DNA of 62,000 nucleotides from Acanthaster planci (GCF_001949145.1 NW_019091401.1:806001-868000), one strand, 5' to 3'; positions 41,216 through 54,774 are shown, numbered from the stretch's first letter. The notes: generated by a model from the sequence alone, not told the origin. Numbers and translations are program-made.

Positions 41216-43418
41216 TATATTTGTAAATGAGCTGAAGATTAAATGTGAAAATGCATGTACATGGATGTGTTTGTGGTGGCTGTAGGCATGATGAACAAAC
41301 GTTTTTTAACAAGCTGTGGGTTTCTCCTTGTATGTTTCAAGCAGCACAGTTGTCTCTTTTCAGATAGAACTATTTTATACCCCAGAGATCCGAGTCTGAC
41401 TTGTTTGTCCATATGGTGAGAGTGTCAGACTGTTCTTTTCTGAAAACATATCAAGCCCTTTTTTTTTTGTAATGAATCCATCAAACTAGTGCAAAATGTA
41501 TGGATTTCATACATCAATACATATTGAGGACAAAGAAACACAGCATTTGAAATATGAGATTTGATGCCTAATATCTGGAATGAAACAGCAAATCTATTAG
41601 TGCATTCGAGCAAACAGTGCCTGGGATAAATGCGTTCACTAATGGGAAGTGGAGACTTCTAACTGTGAACTTACTAAATAAAAATAACTATTAATGTTAC
41701 ATGATTCTAAGGTAAATAATGTGGCTGTACCACATACAAAGCATTGGTATTGTGTTCGTATTAGATAACAAAATATTCCCTGAAATACTTCTAATGTTGC
41801 ACATGGAGGGTTCAGAGCAAAATCGTGTTCATGCTATTAAAGTGAGCAAATGAAGTTGCAAATGAAGGCGCACCTATCATTGAAAGTATTTAAGACGTAA
41901 AAAGCAGCAATTTCAAAAACATCCTTACTATCTTGTACCAATTCCTTTCGATACGACGTCTTCCTCTCTTTGGTTGTTCTCACATTTAGTGGGGGAAATG
42001 AACCGATATTGGAGCAACTCTGTAAAAATGTCAATGCCTCTCTTAGGTCTCTCTCACTGACTTTCCCCCTTGCTTTGCTGACTGTGCACTTTCTGGATCC
42101 TTAGGAACTCGCTTCAGATCTCCTTCCGGAGCTCGCTCACAAGTTGGTGTCATATTAAAATAGTTGGTGTTATATTAATTATAGGATATTATTATGATCA
42201 GAGGTTCTATCGTAAACATATTAGCTTTTAAGTGGCTCAATTTTGTGTCTAGCATCACCCCTCCAAAACAAATCGATGAAAGAACGAAAGAAACACGACT
42301 TTGCTTTTGAGCAGCTTGCAGCTACTAAAAACCCAGACCCGTTAACAGGGCCCAACGTACATGTAAACTCCTCTGTATACGATGGAGGAGTATACGTCGG
42401 GCCCTGATGTTTAAGGGTTGACCAAGTACCTCGACAACCTAAACCATCGCGTGCGTAGACAAACCATCTCACAACATGAGGTTTATAAACCCTCAACGAA
42501 GCTTTGAGGGTATACAACGATCGATGTCACCGTTGAAAAATTAATATTGCCTCTCAGCTCGAGGTGAGAATTGCAACTCGGCAATTTTTATACGCCCAGC
42601 AAAGATTGGGATTTTCAGAGATTTGTTCAAGTGTGCCATAAATAGGAAACAGTCAGCTGAATAAGTGCCAATTTCCGAATGCTATCGTTTTTTAATTTTA
42701 GGTTTTTAAATTTCACGGCACCAAAGTTGTTCGCAGAGGTGCTTACACGTAGTAGCATGTAGGTTAAAGGTTATAATATCATTATTTACTCTAACTGAAT
42801 GAATTCAAAGTTTTTCAGCAAAGAGGTTTGGCAGTGATGCATGAGGAAAGTCGAGGAAACATCGAAGAGTGGCACGTTAGAAACTCAACTTCATTAGGGC
42901 CAGGCTAGTTGACTATACCTCCATATATGTAGCCCTACAGTAGTACTTCTAATTCAAAAGTAGTCTTAATTTAGAGACTCTAAGACCCGCCACTGTGTAA
43001 AAGAAACATCGAATGTAGATGACATGGCTACAAGAACAAGTGATCTGGCTAGCAATGTCACGGTCACTGCACGTGCGTTGCAGCAGTTGACACAACGTTC
43101 ACGGCGCGGCAAAGTCTATTTTCCAGACTCAATTATTCACATGCCAGTGATTTTCTGTATGCTGGGCTCGTCGTTAGAATTTTCGGGTCCAGGAACAGAC
43201 TACCAATGCCCAAGTAAATCGCAGGACCATTCTGGAGTACCACAATATAATTTGCGAACTTGATTGGTTAAGTACGCGCTTAGACAGCGAATGGGTCGTA
43301 TAGGTTAATGGTCCCACGTTCGGCCTTCTCTTTGTCAGAACCATATCGGGTCATTGGGGTCGATATTTTTGTACCTTATTTCAACGGCCGTGGTAAGTTA
43401 ACTTAAGGGATTTTTTTA

Positions 43419-43615
43419 TCGAGTACTGTTAATCGAGTACGAGTACTTTGATGCTCGAGTACAATTTTTGGATGCGGAGTTCCAAGTATTTTGTAGCCCG
43501 AGTACAAGAACTGTAGTTCGAGTACGAGTACTTGGACGTACAAGTACGAGTGCTCTGAAAATGGTACTCGAGTAGTACTCAAGTATGAATACCGAGTACG
43601 AGTACTACAACACTG
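43419..43615 (-). mobile_element. hAT-like terminal fragment with CGAGTAC subterminal repeats
   Basis: Many (C)GAGTAC units; terminus reads CAGTGTTGTAGTA on the - strand. Confidence 0.6.
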
Positions 43616-45134
43616 GCCCTACTCCTAAACTAGAAAAAAGTGGCTTAAATAATATTGGGATAAAGCTCCCAGGCCATGAACTGTATCCGCCACATACAGC
43701 TATTTCTCAGTTGCCTTTTTGATTAATTCACCCAGCAGTTTATCATGTTCAATTTGCCCAAATGGCAAATTCCGAATGGCAAATTTTAACCCATATTTTG
43801 ATGTTGTTTTGTTTTTACCCTCCACCCATGACAGGAAAAAAAAGAAGGAAAGAAATTTTTGAAAGGGGAGGGGAGCTGCATGGGGAAGAAAGCGATGGAA
43901 CGTGTTATGTCACTGTGTGTGGGGGGGGAGATAACCTTTCCCCTCTCCGTAGGGTCAGGAAGATCGGGCATAAATTGAATGATATATCTGCTTGAGCTGA
44001 AAATCTTTCCTTTAAATTTAAAATAAAGTGGAAGTTGCCACTTGGTGCAGCCATAAAAAAATGTACGGTTCTGTGTTAATTTGTGTTGTCTTAGAGAACT
44101 AAATTAAAAACTGAAGAGACTGTACAGTGTTGGATGTTATACAGTTTTGCAGTGCACAGTCATAGTGCCCTCTTGTGACATGCTGGGCTCTCAAACATGG
44201 CTGCCAACCCAGTTAGTTGCTGATTGTGTGTTCACGACTAATATTTTCAGGCTGAGAATATAACCGATGGTAAACCTGACTGCTGTAGGCTGGACCGGTA
44301 TTCTGGGTATGGTAGCCTGTCGCCTTAGCCACACAGCCCTCCCCTTCAGAGTTGTTGTGGAATGCACCAGCTGATTATGCAGGGTCATGAAGATTTCAGC
44401 AACGTTTCGACAGGAGTTCAGCCTGTACCCGCTCCAAGTCGGCACCGGACCACTGATTGCCCCTATCATCAGATGGTACGAACCATTGCCCCGTTTAGCG
44501 CCACACCGTCGTCGCTGTCTCTAACACAAGCAGACATCGCTCATCGGCATCGGACAGCCGATCGCCCCATGTCATTGAAGGACACGTCTCACCACCGCTC
44601 ATCGCACTACTCATGAACCATTGCCCTGTTTGTGGTCAGCGTCAACCCTGCCTGGTCGATGCTCCTCGGACTCATCGGGTTATCGTGAGGATTGCAGAAT
44701 TGATTGAACTTGGGCCTCATCAAATGTGGAAAATACCAATGGTGGTTGCTGAATTTTTATCATTAGCCTATAAACTGTCTCTTCTTGGACTGAAATGTTG
44801 TGCGTATTGTGGTGCTAAGTGGATTATTGAACGTTGAATTGTTCTAAACCATATCTTGTAATGACATTGTTGCATTGATTCATTACCAAGTTGTTAAGAT
44901 TTGCTAGCTGGACTGCAACTTCTTCTTGTTGCCCATGTTTTAGAAGTAGTCAAAAGTACAAGTTTATGGTAGTGGTGCATATATTCTGTTATTGCTGAGA
45001 CGGACATTATTAGTGTTACAAATAGCAACAAACCAGTTTGGTGGTATAGTATCAGTGTTGATTGTTACAACTAAGTTTTGCTATACAGCTCATCGCCTCG
45101 AAGATGAGAATACCTGGAGGATGAAGCCGCCATA

Positions 45135-48030
45135 TTGAGCCACATGGAAGCACCAGTACTTAAGCTGTTGAAGTGTAAAACCTATTATGTCACCATGAAT
45201 GTCAACGGGAAGAAAATCAGCATGGAGCTTGACACGGGAATTCCATGGTCCATTGTGTCATTCGGGACATTCACACTAATCAGGAATCCTGACGAGATTC
45301 AGCCTTGCATCACCGGTGATAGAGCTCCAATCGTGGGTGAAGCCACAGTGCAGGTGAAGCACTTGTGGATAGAATGCTTCCCATCAGCATTGGCCAATGT
45401 CTTTCAAGCCAAGCTGCCTATAGCAGCTCAACTTTAAATGCTGTTGACATTGACACAGAAGCCCAATTGAAGGACACACTACAAGCCCATGATGATGTTT
45501 TGAATACCAAGGTACTTGATAAGCTGACAGGGTACCAGGCAAAGGTACAGCCAGTGGAAGAGCAGCCACTTTTCCACAAAGCCGCCCCAGTCTCATACAG
45601 GAAACAGCGAATAGACGCCTGCCTGGACGACTTGCTTGAGAAAGGAGTAATCAAGCCAGTAAAATTTGCTGATTACATGTATGCCTGTCCTATCGTAGTA
45701 GCAGATAAAGCTGATGGGAGTGTCCGTATCTGTGGGAACTACAAGCTAACCCCGAACAAGGTTCTATGGTTGGAGTAGTATCCATTACCAGCACTGGAGG
45801 ATCTAATGCAAGATCTTCAGGATGGACGACGATTTTCAAAGGTGGACATGTCTCATGCCTTCCACCAGATCGAGTTGGAAGAAGCCGCAAGAAAATACAC
45901 TACTGTGTATACCCATCAAGGTCTCTTTCAGTATGTGAGGATGCCTTTTGGGTTAGCCTCAGCCCCGGCCATCTTCCAAGGAACCATCGAATCGCTACTT
46001 GCAGATATCCCCATGTGCTGCCCGTACTTGGATGATATCACTTTCAGTGGTCGGAATGACGCAGAGCACCTTGCCAATCTCAGTGCAGTGTTGCAGCACC
46101 TAAAAGAGAATGGTATGAAGTTGAAACGGGAGAAGTGTGACTTCCTGCAGGACTCAATCCCTTACCTTGGTCATGAGCTGAATCAAAGGGGGTCAAGCCC
46201 CTTGAAGTCAAAGTCTAAGGCCATTTAGCAAACCTAGTGTCCAAAGAACCAGGAAGAGCTTTAAGCTTATCTTGGACTGTTCGGTTATTACAGGAAGATT
46301 ATTCCCAACCTATCCAAGCACATTGCACCATTGACAGAGATGCTCCGGGCAGAGTATAAGTCGGACCAGAAGACGAGGAAACGCCATGGCGGCCTTACTG
46401 TGGACCCAAAGTTCGTGTGGGGTCCTCGACAAGATGATGCCTTCAAAGAATCAAAGAAGCTGCTTCAAAGTGATGAGGTCCTGGTTCATTTTGATCCAGA
46501 GAAGCTGCTGTTGCTTCAAACGTATGCCAGCTCCTATGGCCTTGGTGCGGTAGTCAGTCACATTCTGCCAGATAGAAGTGAGAGGCCAATCTCCTGTGCC
46601 TCCAGAACCTTGACCTCTAGTGAGAAGAATTATGCCCAGTATGAGAAAGAGGGGCTTGGCATCATATGTCGGCTGAAGAAGTGCCATAAGTGCCTCCAAG
46701 GAAGGCACTTCAGCATAGTCACTGACCATAAGCGTCTGGTGGCCTTGTTCGGTGATAAGAAACCTTCCAGTTCGATTGCCTCCGCTCACATCACCAGATG
46801 GCACATGATACTCTCAGTGTATGAGCACGACAAGATCCACAAGGAGGGTAAAAAGCATCAAAATGCAGATGATTTTTCACGCTTACCTGTGACAGGATGG
46901 AAGAAGTCTGGTGTCCTGATGAGTTGGCAGGAGGGTCCGACAAATGCCGAAGCAACCTAATTGAAGATGTAGATACACGACTTGTGACAGTGGAAGAGAT
47001 AAGCCGTCTAACTGGCAAGGACCAAGTGCTATCCAGAGTGAGGAACTACCTACAGCAGGGTTGGCCTGAGAAGAAAAATCTTGGAAACAAGTTTGCCCCA
47101 TTTGCAGCCAAGAAGGACGAGTTGTCTCTTGAGGAAGGTGTACGTAATCCTTTGGGGTCCAAGAGTGGTCATTCCAGAGGAGCTTGCCCTGCGCCAACGT
47201 CTGCTTTGGGAGCTCCATGCAACGCATCTAGGCATCGTTAAGATGAAGGCACTGGCCCGTTCATTCATGTGGTGGCCAGCAATCGGCAGGATGATCGAAC
47301 ATGAGGTGCAAAGCTGCCAAAATTGCCAAGAGCACCAGAAGATGCTGCCCCCAACTATACTGCATCCATGGGAGTTTCCCGACAAGCCTTGGTCCAGATT
47401 ACATCTTAATTGTGCCTCCATCAGCGGTAAGGATGTCCTGATAGTAGTTGACACCTACAACAAGTGGATTGAGGCTATCCGTGTGAATAGTTCCTCCGCC
47501 GCAACAACAATGAGGGTGTTGGGAAAGCTATTTGCTAACCATGGAATACCAGAGACAGTGGTAACAGACAACGGAACACAATTCGTGTCAGACGAATTCA
47601 GCCAGTTCCTGAGCCAAAATGGAGTGGCACATTTGCAGATAGCCGTAAAACATCCGTCAAGCAATGGATTGGCTGAGAGAGCTGTTTAAACTGTAAATGT
47701 CACAGTAAAGAAAATCTGAGGTGGAGATGTGGAGTTGCGTCTTTAGAAGTCGACAACTGGAAAAAGTCCCAGTGGGTTGCTCTATCGACGACAAATTCGA
47801 ACCAAGCTAGACCAGCTGAAGCCAAACATCAGCAGACGAGTACAAATGCAACAAGCTCGAACGCAATAGTCGCGAGGTTCTAAGGTTAGAGTGTTACAAC
47901 AAGCTGATACTGTTCTGGTCAAGAACTTTGGTTCTGGACCTACCTGGTTGTACGGTGAAGTTGACTTCATCAGTATATGAAGTTTGCTTGTCTGACGGGC
48001 CTATGGTCAGATGCCATATTAACCAAGCAC
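45135..48030 (+). mobile_element. Second decayed Ty3/Gypsy pol (PR-RT-RH-IN); LTRs not found
   Basis: Protease MELDTG; RT ACPIVV..K.DGSVRICGNYK, MPFGLASAPAIFQ, YLDD; RNase H YASSYGLGAV, NYAQYEKEGL; integrase LHATHLGI, WWP, CQNC, VTDNGTQF, SNGLAERAV. Confidence 0.93.
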
Positions 48031-48118
48031 GACAATGTTTTGCTCAACCAATTCAGCAGGTTGGTCCAACACACTTGAGTGAGACAGTTGACAAATCAGG
48101 GGAGACTGCTCCTGAAAT

Positions 48119-48373
48119 AGAGTGCTTTTGTCCCCGGTGGTAATCCGCTCACACTGAATTCCCCAAACAGTGGTATACTGTTTCAAAAAAAGCTTGATTG
48201 TTTCCACTTTTGACAGTGAAAAAAATGCTGGTAATTCCCAGCAGCCTGGTCTCTTGTTACGAATATGGTCTTCTCTTACAAGGCCCAGTTCCCTTTGTCC
48301 GATTTCCGAGACCCCAGCTATGCTAATATATAAAGAATATGTGCCTGAAACCGGGTTCCCCGGCAGCAAGTGG
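48119..48373. mobile_element. Truncated copy (right end) of the same piggyBac-like MITE family
   Basis: Aligns by eye with about 32527-32776; ends GGCAGCAAGTGG|TTAA. Confidence 0.8.
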
Positions 48374-48629
48374 TTAACAATCACTATTGTGCAGGTAATG
48401 GTGTGTGTTCATTTGACCCTAAAAGAACCAGGAAGTAGATCTGCCCCCTCAAGATTTTTTTCTGATAGCGCCACAGTACAGTAGTCAAGCCTTCAGGAGT
48501 TTTTCAGTCACTCTTTTGTGGTCTTTTTGACACCAATTCAGTGAAAATGGCACATGCATGTATCTTGTTACAAGCTTAAGCACCTCTGTTTCCTGAAAGA
48601 AAAAGCAAAAAAAAAAAAGAAAGCAAGTT

Positions 48630-48878
48630 TAGTCCGAGCCAATTTTGCTCATCGTTGACATGAAATGAATGAGAATATTTCTTCCCCCCCCCAATGGGAT
48701 GCCAGTCCATCACAGGTTGCTTCCCCAGCCAATGCTGGTACTCATTTATACTCCTGGGTGGAGAGAGGCAAGCAGGGGTGAAGTGGCATGCCAAGGGCCA
48801 CAACATATTGCCAGCAGCTGGAATCGAACCTCCAACCCTTCGATTGGAAACCATAGACCTAACCACTTGGCCACATGA
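48630..48878 (-). mobile_element. tRNA-derived SINE with a Nin-domain-like core
   Basis: On the - strand: A box TGGCCAAGTGG, B box GGTTCGATTCC, core GCCTCTCTCCACCCAGGAGTATAAATGAGTACCAGC. Confidence 0.75.
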
Positions 48879-49409
48879 CAGAGGTCAGCCATACTTTTCC
48901 ATTTTTTTATGAGCCAAAGGTTTAGTTCTTATAGCAGCTTTTTACAGTCACTTTGACAACTGTTCTGTGAAAAACACACATAATACTGCTCTCATGCAGC
49001 ACCCACTTTCCCAAAACAGGTCAACCCAAAAAACGTACCTCAGTGCACTTTCAACTGCTGTGCTGAGTGCACATGGTGGCTGGTACATTTGTAAACTTCG
49101 TATCAACTATAAATTGTATTTCAGATTGACTTGAAACTCTCTATTGATAAGGAGTGTTTTACATGCACTTCAAGTGTTGAAAAAAATCGGGCTTGGAACA
49201 GCCAAGATCTTGGGTGTGAGATGGTACAAAATAACCTGCCAACTTCAGGATTAACATTGGAATAAAATTGACAGAACTTAATGACGCTGATTGGTTTCTC
49301 CTAGCAATCCTGGCAGGAGGAATTTCTGTGTTGGCTGCATCAGAGGATCTGCTATAAAATGCAGATCAACCATAGAGGGCGCTGTTACCATTCCATGAAA
49401 CCTACTACA

Positions 49410-49692
49410 TCACACAATGGTAATGGAAAGATTAAAAGGAAAAAAAGAACTGAACACTGCCTTAATGGCACAATGGTAATGGAAAGATTAAAAGGAACTG
49501 AACACTGCCTTAATGGCACAGTGGTAATGGAAAGAGGAAAAAAGAACTGAACACTGCCTTAATGGCACAGTGGTGATGGAAAGAGGAAAAAAAGAACTGA
49601 ACACAGCCTTAATGGCACAATGGTAATGGAAAGAGGAAAAAAGAACTGAACACTGCCTTAATGGCACAGTGGTAATGGAAAGAGGAAAAAAG
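49410..49692. repeat. Minisatellite, about 46-48 bp palindromic unit, running into a 1.35-kb N gap
   Basis: GAACTGAACACTGCCTTAATGGCACAGTGGTAATGGAAAGAGGAAAAAA occurs 5-6 times. Confidence 0.9.
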
Positions 49693-51589
49693 NNNNNNNN
49701 NNNNNNNNNNNNNNNNNNNNNNNNNNNNNNNNNNNNNNNNNNNNNNNNNNNNNNNNNNNNNNNNNNNNNNNNNNNNNNNNNNNNNNNNNNNNNNNNNNNN
49801 NNNNNNNNNNNNNNNNNNNNNNNNNNNNNNNNNNNNNNNNNNNNNNNNNNNNNNNNNNNNNNNNNNNNNNNNNNNNNNNNNNNNNNNNNNNNNNNNNNNN
49901 NNNNNNNNNNNNNNNNNNNNNNNNNNNNNNNNNNNNNNNNNNNNNNNNNNNNNNNNNNNNNNNNNNNNNNNNNNNNNNNNNNNNNNNNNNNNNNNNNNNN
50001 NNNNNNNNNNNNNNNNNNNNNNNNNNNNNNNNNNNNNNNNNNNNNNNNNNNNNNNNNNNNNNNNNNNNNNNNNNNNNNNNNNNNNNNNNNNNNNNNNNNN
50101 NNNNNNNNNNNNNNNNNNNNNNNNNNNNNNNNNNNNNNNNNNNNNNNNNNNNNNNNNNNNNNNNNNNNNNNNNNNNNNNNNNNNNNNNNNNNNNNNNNNN
50201 NNNNNNNNNNNNNNNNNNNNNNNNNNNNNNNNNNNNNNNNNNNNNNNNNNNNNNNNNNNNNNNNNNNNNNNNNNNNNNNNNNNNNNNNNNNNNNNNNNNN
50301 NNNNNNNNNNNNNNNNNNNNNNNNNNNNNNNNNNNNNNNNNNNNNNNNNNNNNNNNNNNNNNNNNNNNNNNNNNNNNNNNNNNNNNNNNNNNNNNNNNNN
50401 NNNNNNNNNNNNNNNNNNNNNNNNNNNNNNNNNNNNNNNNNNNNNNNNNNNNNNNNNNNNNNNNNNNNNNNNNNNNNNNNNNNNNNNNNNNNNNNNNNNN
50501 NNNNNNNNNNNNNNNNNNNNNNNNNNNNNNNNNNNNNNNNNNNNNNNNNNNNNNNNNNNNNNNNNNNNNNNNNNNNNNNNNNNNNNNNNNNNNNNNNNNN
50601 NNNNNNNNNNNNNNNNNNNNNNNNNNNNNNNNNNNNNNNNNNNNNNNNNNNNNNNNNNNNNNNNNNNNNNNNNNNNNNNNNNNNNNNNNNNNNNNNNNNN
50701 NNNNNNNNNNNNNNNNNNNNNNNNNNNNNNNNNNNNNNNNNNNNNNNNNNNNNNNNNNNNNNNNNNNNNNNNNNNNNNNNNNNNNNNNNNNNNNNNNNNN
50801 NNNNNNNNNNNNNNNNNNNNNNNNNNNNNNNNNNNNNNNNNNNNNNNNNNNNNNNNNNNNNNNNNNNNNNNNNNNNNNNNNNNNNNNNNNNNNNNNNNNN
50901 NNNNNNNNNNNNNNNNNNNNNNNNNNNNNNNNNNNNNNNNNNNNNNNNNNNNNNNNNNNNNNNNNNNNNNNNNNNNNNNNNNNNNNNNNNNNNNNNNNNN
51001 NNNNNNNNNNNNNNNNNNNNNNNNNNNNNNNNNNNNNNNNNNNNNGTTTTACAAATAGATATATATGTACAAACAAGTTCTGTTAGTTTAAATAAGTGAG
51101 CATTTATTTCACTAGAACTGGCTACAGCAATAAATGGTGATTGTTTTACACACAAAGCATTTTTGCAAGGTAATATTTTCAAGTGAAACAAATTTCATGT
51201 CAGTGCTAAAAGGTCCTTTGAATGCACTAAATGGTGTTTTAATGGTGAAAAATATTGTTTGAGACATTAATTTGGGAAACAAATTGGTGAAATGTTGGCC
51301 ATCCAAAACAGTTTTATAAAACTAGTTTTATGACTAAAAAATAAAACCTGTTCAAATCAAATATTTCTTTCGTGCACAGCATTAAGGCCCTTGGAGTGTT
51401 TTCAAAAACAACATTTTTGCAGTAATGACCTTTCAGCACTGAGCCAACAATTTGTGACTTGCAGTTTTGCGATAGTTTTAAGGGGAAGACTTTTTTCTAA
51501 TGCTCTGGCAATGTGGATGTACAACTTGGAAAATACAAAATGCACATAGAATTTCGTCCAAGGATAAACTTATGAAGATGAACAAAGAA

Positions 51590-51710
51590 ATTGATGAGTA
51601 GGATTTGAACCTGTGACCTCTGGAACACCGTACCAGTGCTTTACCAACTGAGCTTTCCAGCCCAATGTTGGTGATTTTTCCAATTTGTCAATATCTCTGT
51701 TCGGGGGCGA
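51590..51710 (-). repeat. tRNA-like repeat or SINE head (non-functional)
   Basis: On the - strand: AGCTCAGTTGGTAAAGC (A box, D arm) and GGTTCAAATCC (B box); acceptor stem does not pair. Confidence 0.6.
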
Positions 51711-52533
51711 ACTTGTTAAAAGCGAGGTTCAGAACAGCCACGGGGTTGACTGAACAGTGCTGATATTTGGCTGCCTGAATGTGAACACCATTCGATTTTT
51801 AAAAGTATGCAATAGTTATAAGCTTTTTCTCCTCTAAAGAAGTAGCATCAAAGTGTCTAGAGTCTTTCCAAATGGTAATTATTTGAAAATTTTGAAGTAC
51901 ATGTATTGCATAACATGTGCACATGAATGTTTCAGTCCATGCATTACAATGAAAAGAAACAAATTAAAGGCAAACAATAGTCTTTCTTCGAAAGCAAACT
52001 GACCAATTGTCTATTCAGTTTAAAGAGTACTTCTTAAGTCATGAATTATTTGGATTCAGGTACAGTACAACGTCACTATACTGAACAATTGGGTATACAG
52101 AACATACTGGCTCAGAGATTTTCTGCGCACTAATACTAAACCTCACAAATTTGCTTTAAAGAAAATTAAAGAAAAAATTTAGGACTGGTGACCGTGATTC
52201 AATTGTTAAGATGTGAGTAAACTCCAAAATTGGAAAGGCTATGATATGAGCCCATAGCAAAACAAGCAGGCGCACAAGAGAATCTGTTTTATACAAACAA
52301 GAACACATACCTATGTATGTAACAACTGACATTTCAACATTTTCTGCAAATAGCGACCTCTTTTGCTGGGACTTTTTCCCCATTTTTAATGGAAATCAGA
52401 ACATGTTGGTTTTTAGGTCTATGAAAATGCAACAACTGTAACAGTGCCAATGAAATCGCAATAGTTGGGGAGGTATGCTACACCATGCATTGTTCATCAT
52501 AGCAGCATTGTACATGTACCGTATACCAATATA

Positions 52534-54774
52534 CACTACTCAAAAAGATTAAAGGATCAGACATTTGACTTTGAAAATTTCTGCCAGGTGTGTACCTTAT
52601 TGACTTAACTTACTGTACACTGAAACTCATGTTCTTGCTTGGTTGAGCACCACAGAATGTGAGACAATGCAACTGCTTGGTCATGTTTCAGAGCCCAATT
52701 AGCTGGAAGGGTCAAAAAGCACTGGGCTATGTATATTGCTTAGGTATTGCACAACTTCAAAATGGCCATCTTGCACTCTGTTTGCGCATATATTGAGATG
52801 ACTCTGAGGCAAGGGGGTGAGAGACTGGGAGTGTCTTAGAGAGTTGGAGGTACAATGACATGAAGGAGACTGGCCAGTACTATACAACCCAAGTGTAGTA
52901 AAATGATGAACACATATGTATCTCACTTCAGGACATTTTGAGAAAAAGTGACTGAAATATTGGACCTCTTACCATTTTGTATTTAGGTTTTGGAAAACTG
53001 TGAAGCTGGGTTTTTTGTCCTGACAACCACAAATTTGATTTTTTTTTTATCGATCATCATTTTTACAGATAATTATAAAAATATGTGATTTTTGGAAAGA
53101 TTTGCAAACAGATACATTACAGACATTGCATTATTGAACTGAATAAAAGGGTCTCAACAGTTACATGAAATTTTTTCATGCTGATATACATCTTCAAAGT
53201 GCTTCATTTATGCAATTCAGAATCACATATACTGCCCTCACTGCAATATCATTCCACCTCATAAATAGCGCCCTCACATTACCACGATATCATTCTAACT
53301 GATAAACAGTGCCCTCACATTACTGCGAATTCATTCTAACTCATAAATAGCGCCCTCACACTACCATATCATTCTAACTCATAAACAGTGCCCTCATGCT
53401 ATTGTGATATCATTCTAACTCATAAACAGCGCCCTCACATTACTGCCGCGACTATTGTTCTAACTCATAAACAGCACCCTCACATTACTGCAATATTGTT
53501 CTAGTTCATAAACAGCACCCTCATATTACTGCAATATTGTTCTAACTCATAAACAGCGCCCTCACATTACCATGATATCATTCTGACTCATAATGGCCAA
53601 GTACAGGCAGCTTGTTCCTGTATGTTCACAAACAGCTCGATTTTTTGTTCGTGGGTTGGCGGCGCCAACGCCCGAAACAAACAACCGGTTATCGCTGGTA
53701 GTTAGTGACAAGCAATATGCAACACGGCGGCATCCATGTAGGCTACGTTATTCGAGAGTTAATGTTTGGATGGGCTAAATTCTATTCTATATAAACAGGA
53801 ACATTCATTTCTGTGTTATGGAAAATAATGTTAATTTTGCAAAACTTCCCACTGTCTATGGCTTTAAAAGCCATTTCTCTACTTTTTGCACTTGTCCAAA
53901 AATCAAAATCTCACAAGTTTTTTNNNNNNNNNNNNNNNNNNNNNNNNNNNNNNNNNNNNNNNNNNNNNNNNNNNNNNNNNNNNNNNNNNNNNNNNNNNNN
54001 NNNNNNNNNNNNNNNNNNNNNNNNNNNNNNNNNNNNNNNNNNNNNNNNNNNNNNNNNNNNNNNNNNNNNNNNNNNNNNNNNNNNNNNNNNNNNNNNNNNN
54101 NNNNNNNNNNNNNNNNNNNNNNNNNNNNNNNNNNNNNNNNNNNNNNNNNNNNNNNNNNNNNNNNNNNNNNNNNNNNNNNNNNNNNNNNNNNNNNNNNNNN
54201 NNNNNNNNNNNNNNNNNNNNNNNNNNNNNNNNNNNNNNNNNNNNNNNNNNNNNNNNNNNNNNNNNNNNNNNNNNNNNNNNNNNNNNNNNNNNNNNNNNNN
54301 NNNNNNNNNNNNNNNNNNNNNNNNNNNNNNNNNNNNNNNNNNNNNNNNNNNNNNNNNNNNNNNNNNNNNNNNNNNNNNNNNNNNNNNNNNNNNNNNNNNN
54401 NNNNNNNNNNNNNNNNNNNNNNNNNNNNNNNNNNNNNNNNNNNNNNNNNNNNNNNNNNNNNNNNNNNNNNNNNNNNNNNNNNNNNNNNNNNNNNNNNNNN
54501 NNNNNNNNNGATATTGATCTAAATCGTAAATAGCGCCCTCACATTACTTGGTTAAGCTATTTTTTGTACATCCTTTTCAGGGTCATAAAATACCTGGACA
54601 AGGTGCTGACCAAAGTTTTTTCCAGTATCGTGAGACTTCAGTACTCTGTAGCGGACGTTTCTTGTTTTGATGCCAAAAAATAGCCAAATAAATGACACTC
54701 ATATTTTGCGATGTGAATACCATTTGTTTAAATTATTTATCACTAAGTATGATCTTTTAATCCTTTGAGTAGTG
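52534..54774. mobile_element. Non-autonomous Tc1/mariner-like element (TA TSD)
   Basis: TA|CACTACTCAAAAAGATTAAAGGATCA ... TGATCTTTTAATCCTTTGAGTAGTG|TA; no transposase in the visible sequence; internal N gap. Confidence 0.8.
53230..53592. repeat. Minisatellite, about 40 bp unit, inside the Tc1-like element (one more unit near 54520-54548)
   Basis: TCATAAACAGCGCCCTCACATTACTGC.ATATCATTCTAAC occurs about 9 times. Confidence 0.9.

Noticed and set aside
49410..49692. CRISPR-like appearance of regularly spaced repeats (also 53230-53592 and 20160-20372)
   Set aside because: The intervening sequences are themselves repeated (no unique spacers), there are no cas genes, and the context is eukaryotic.
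51594..51663. Functional tRNA gene
   Set aside because: The acceptor stem does not pair and the anticodon and T stems have mismatches.
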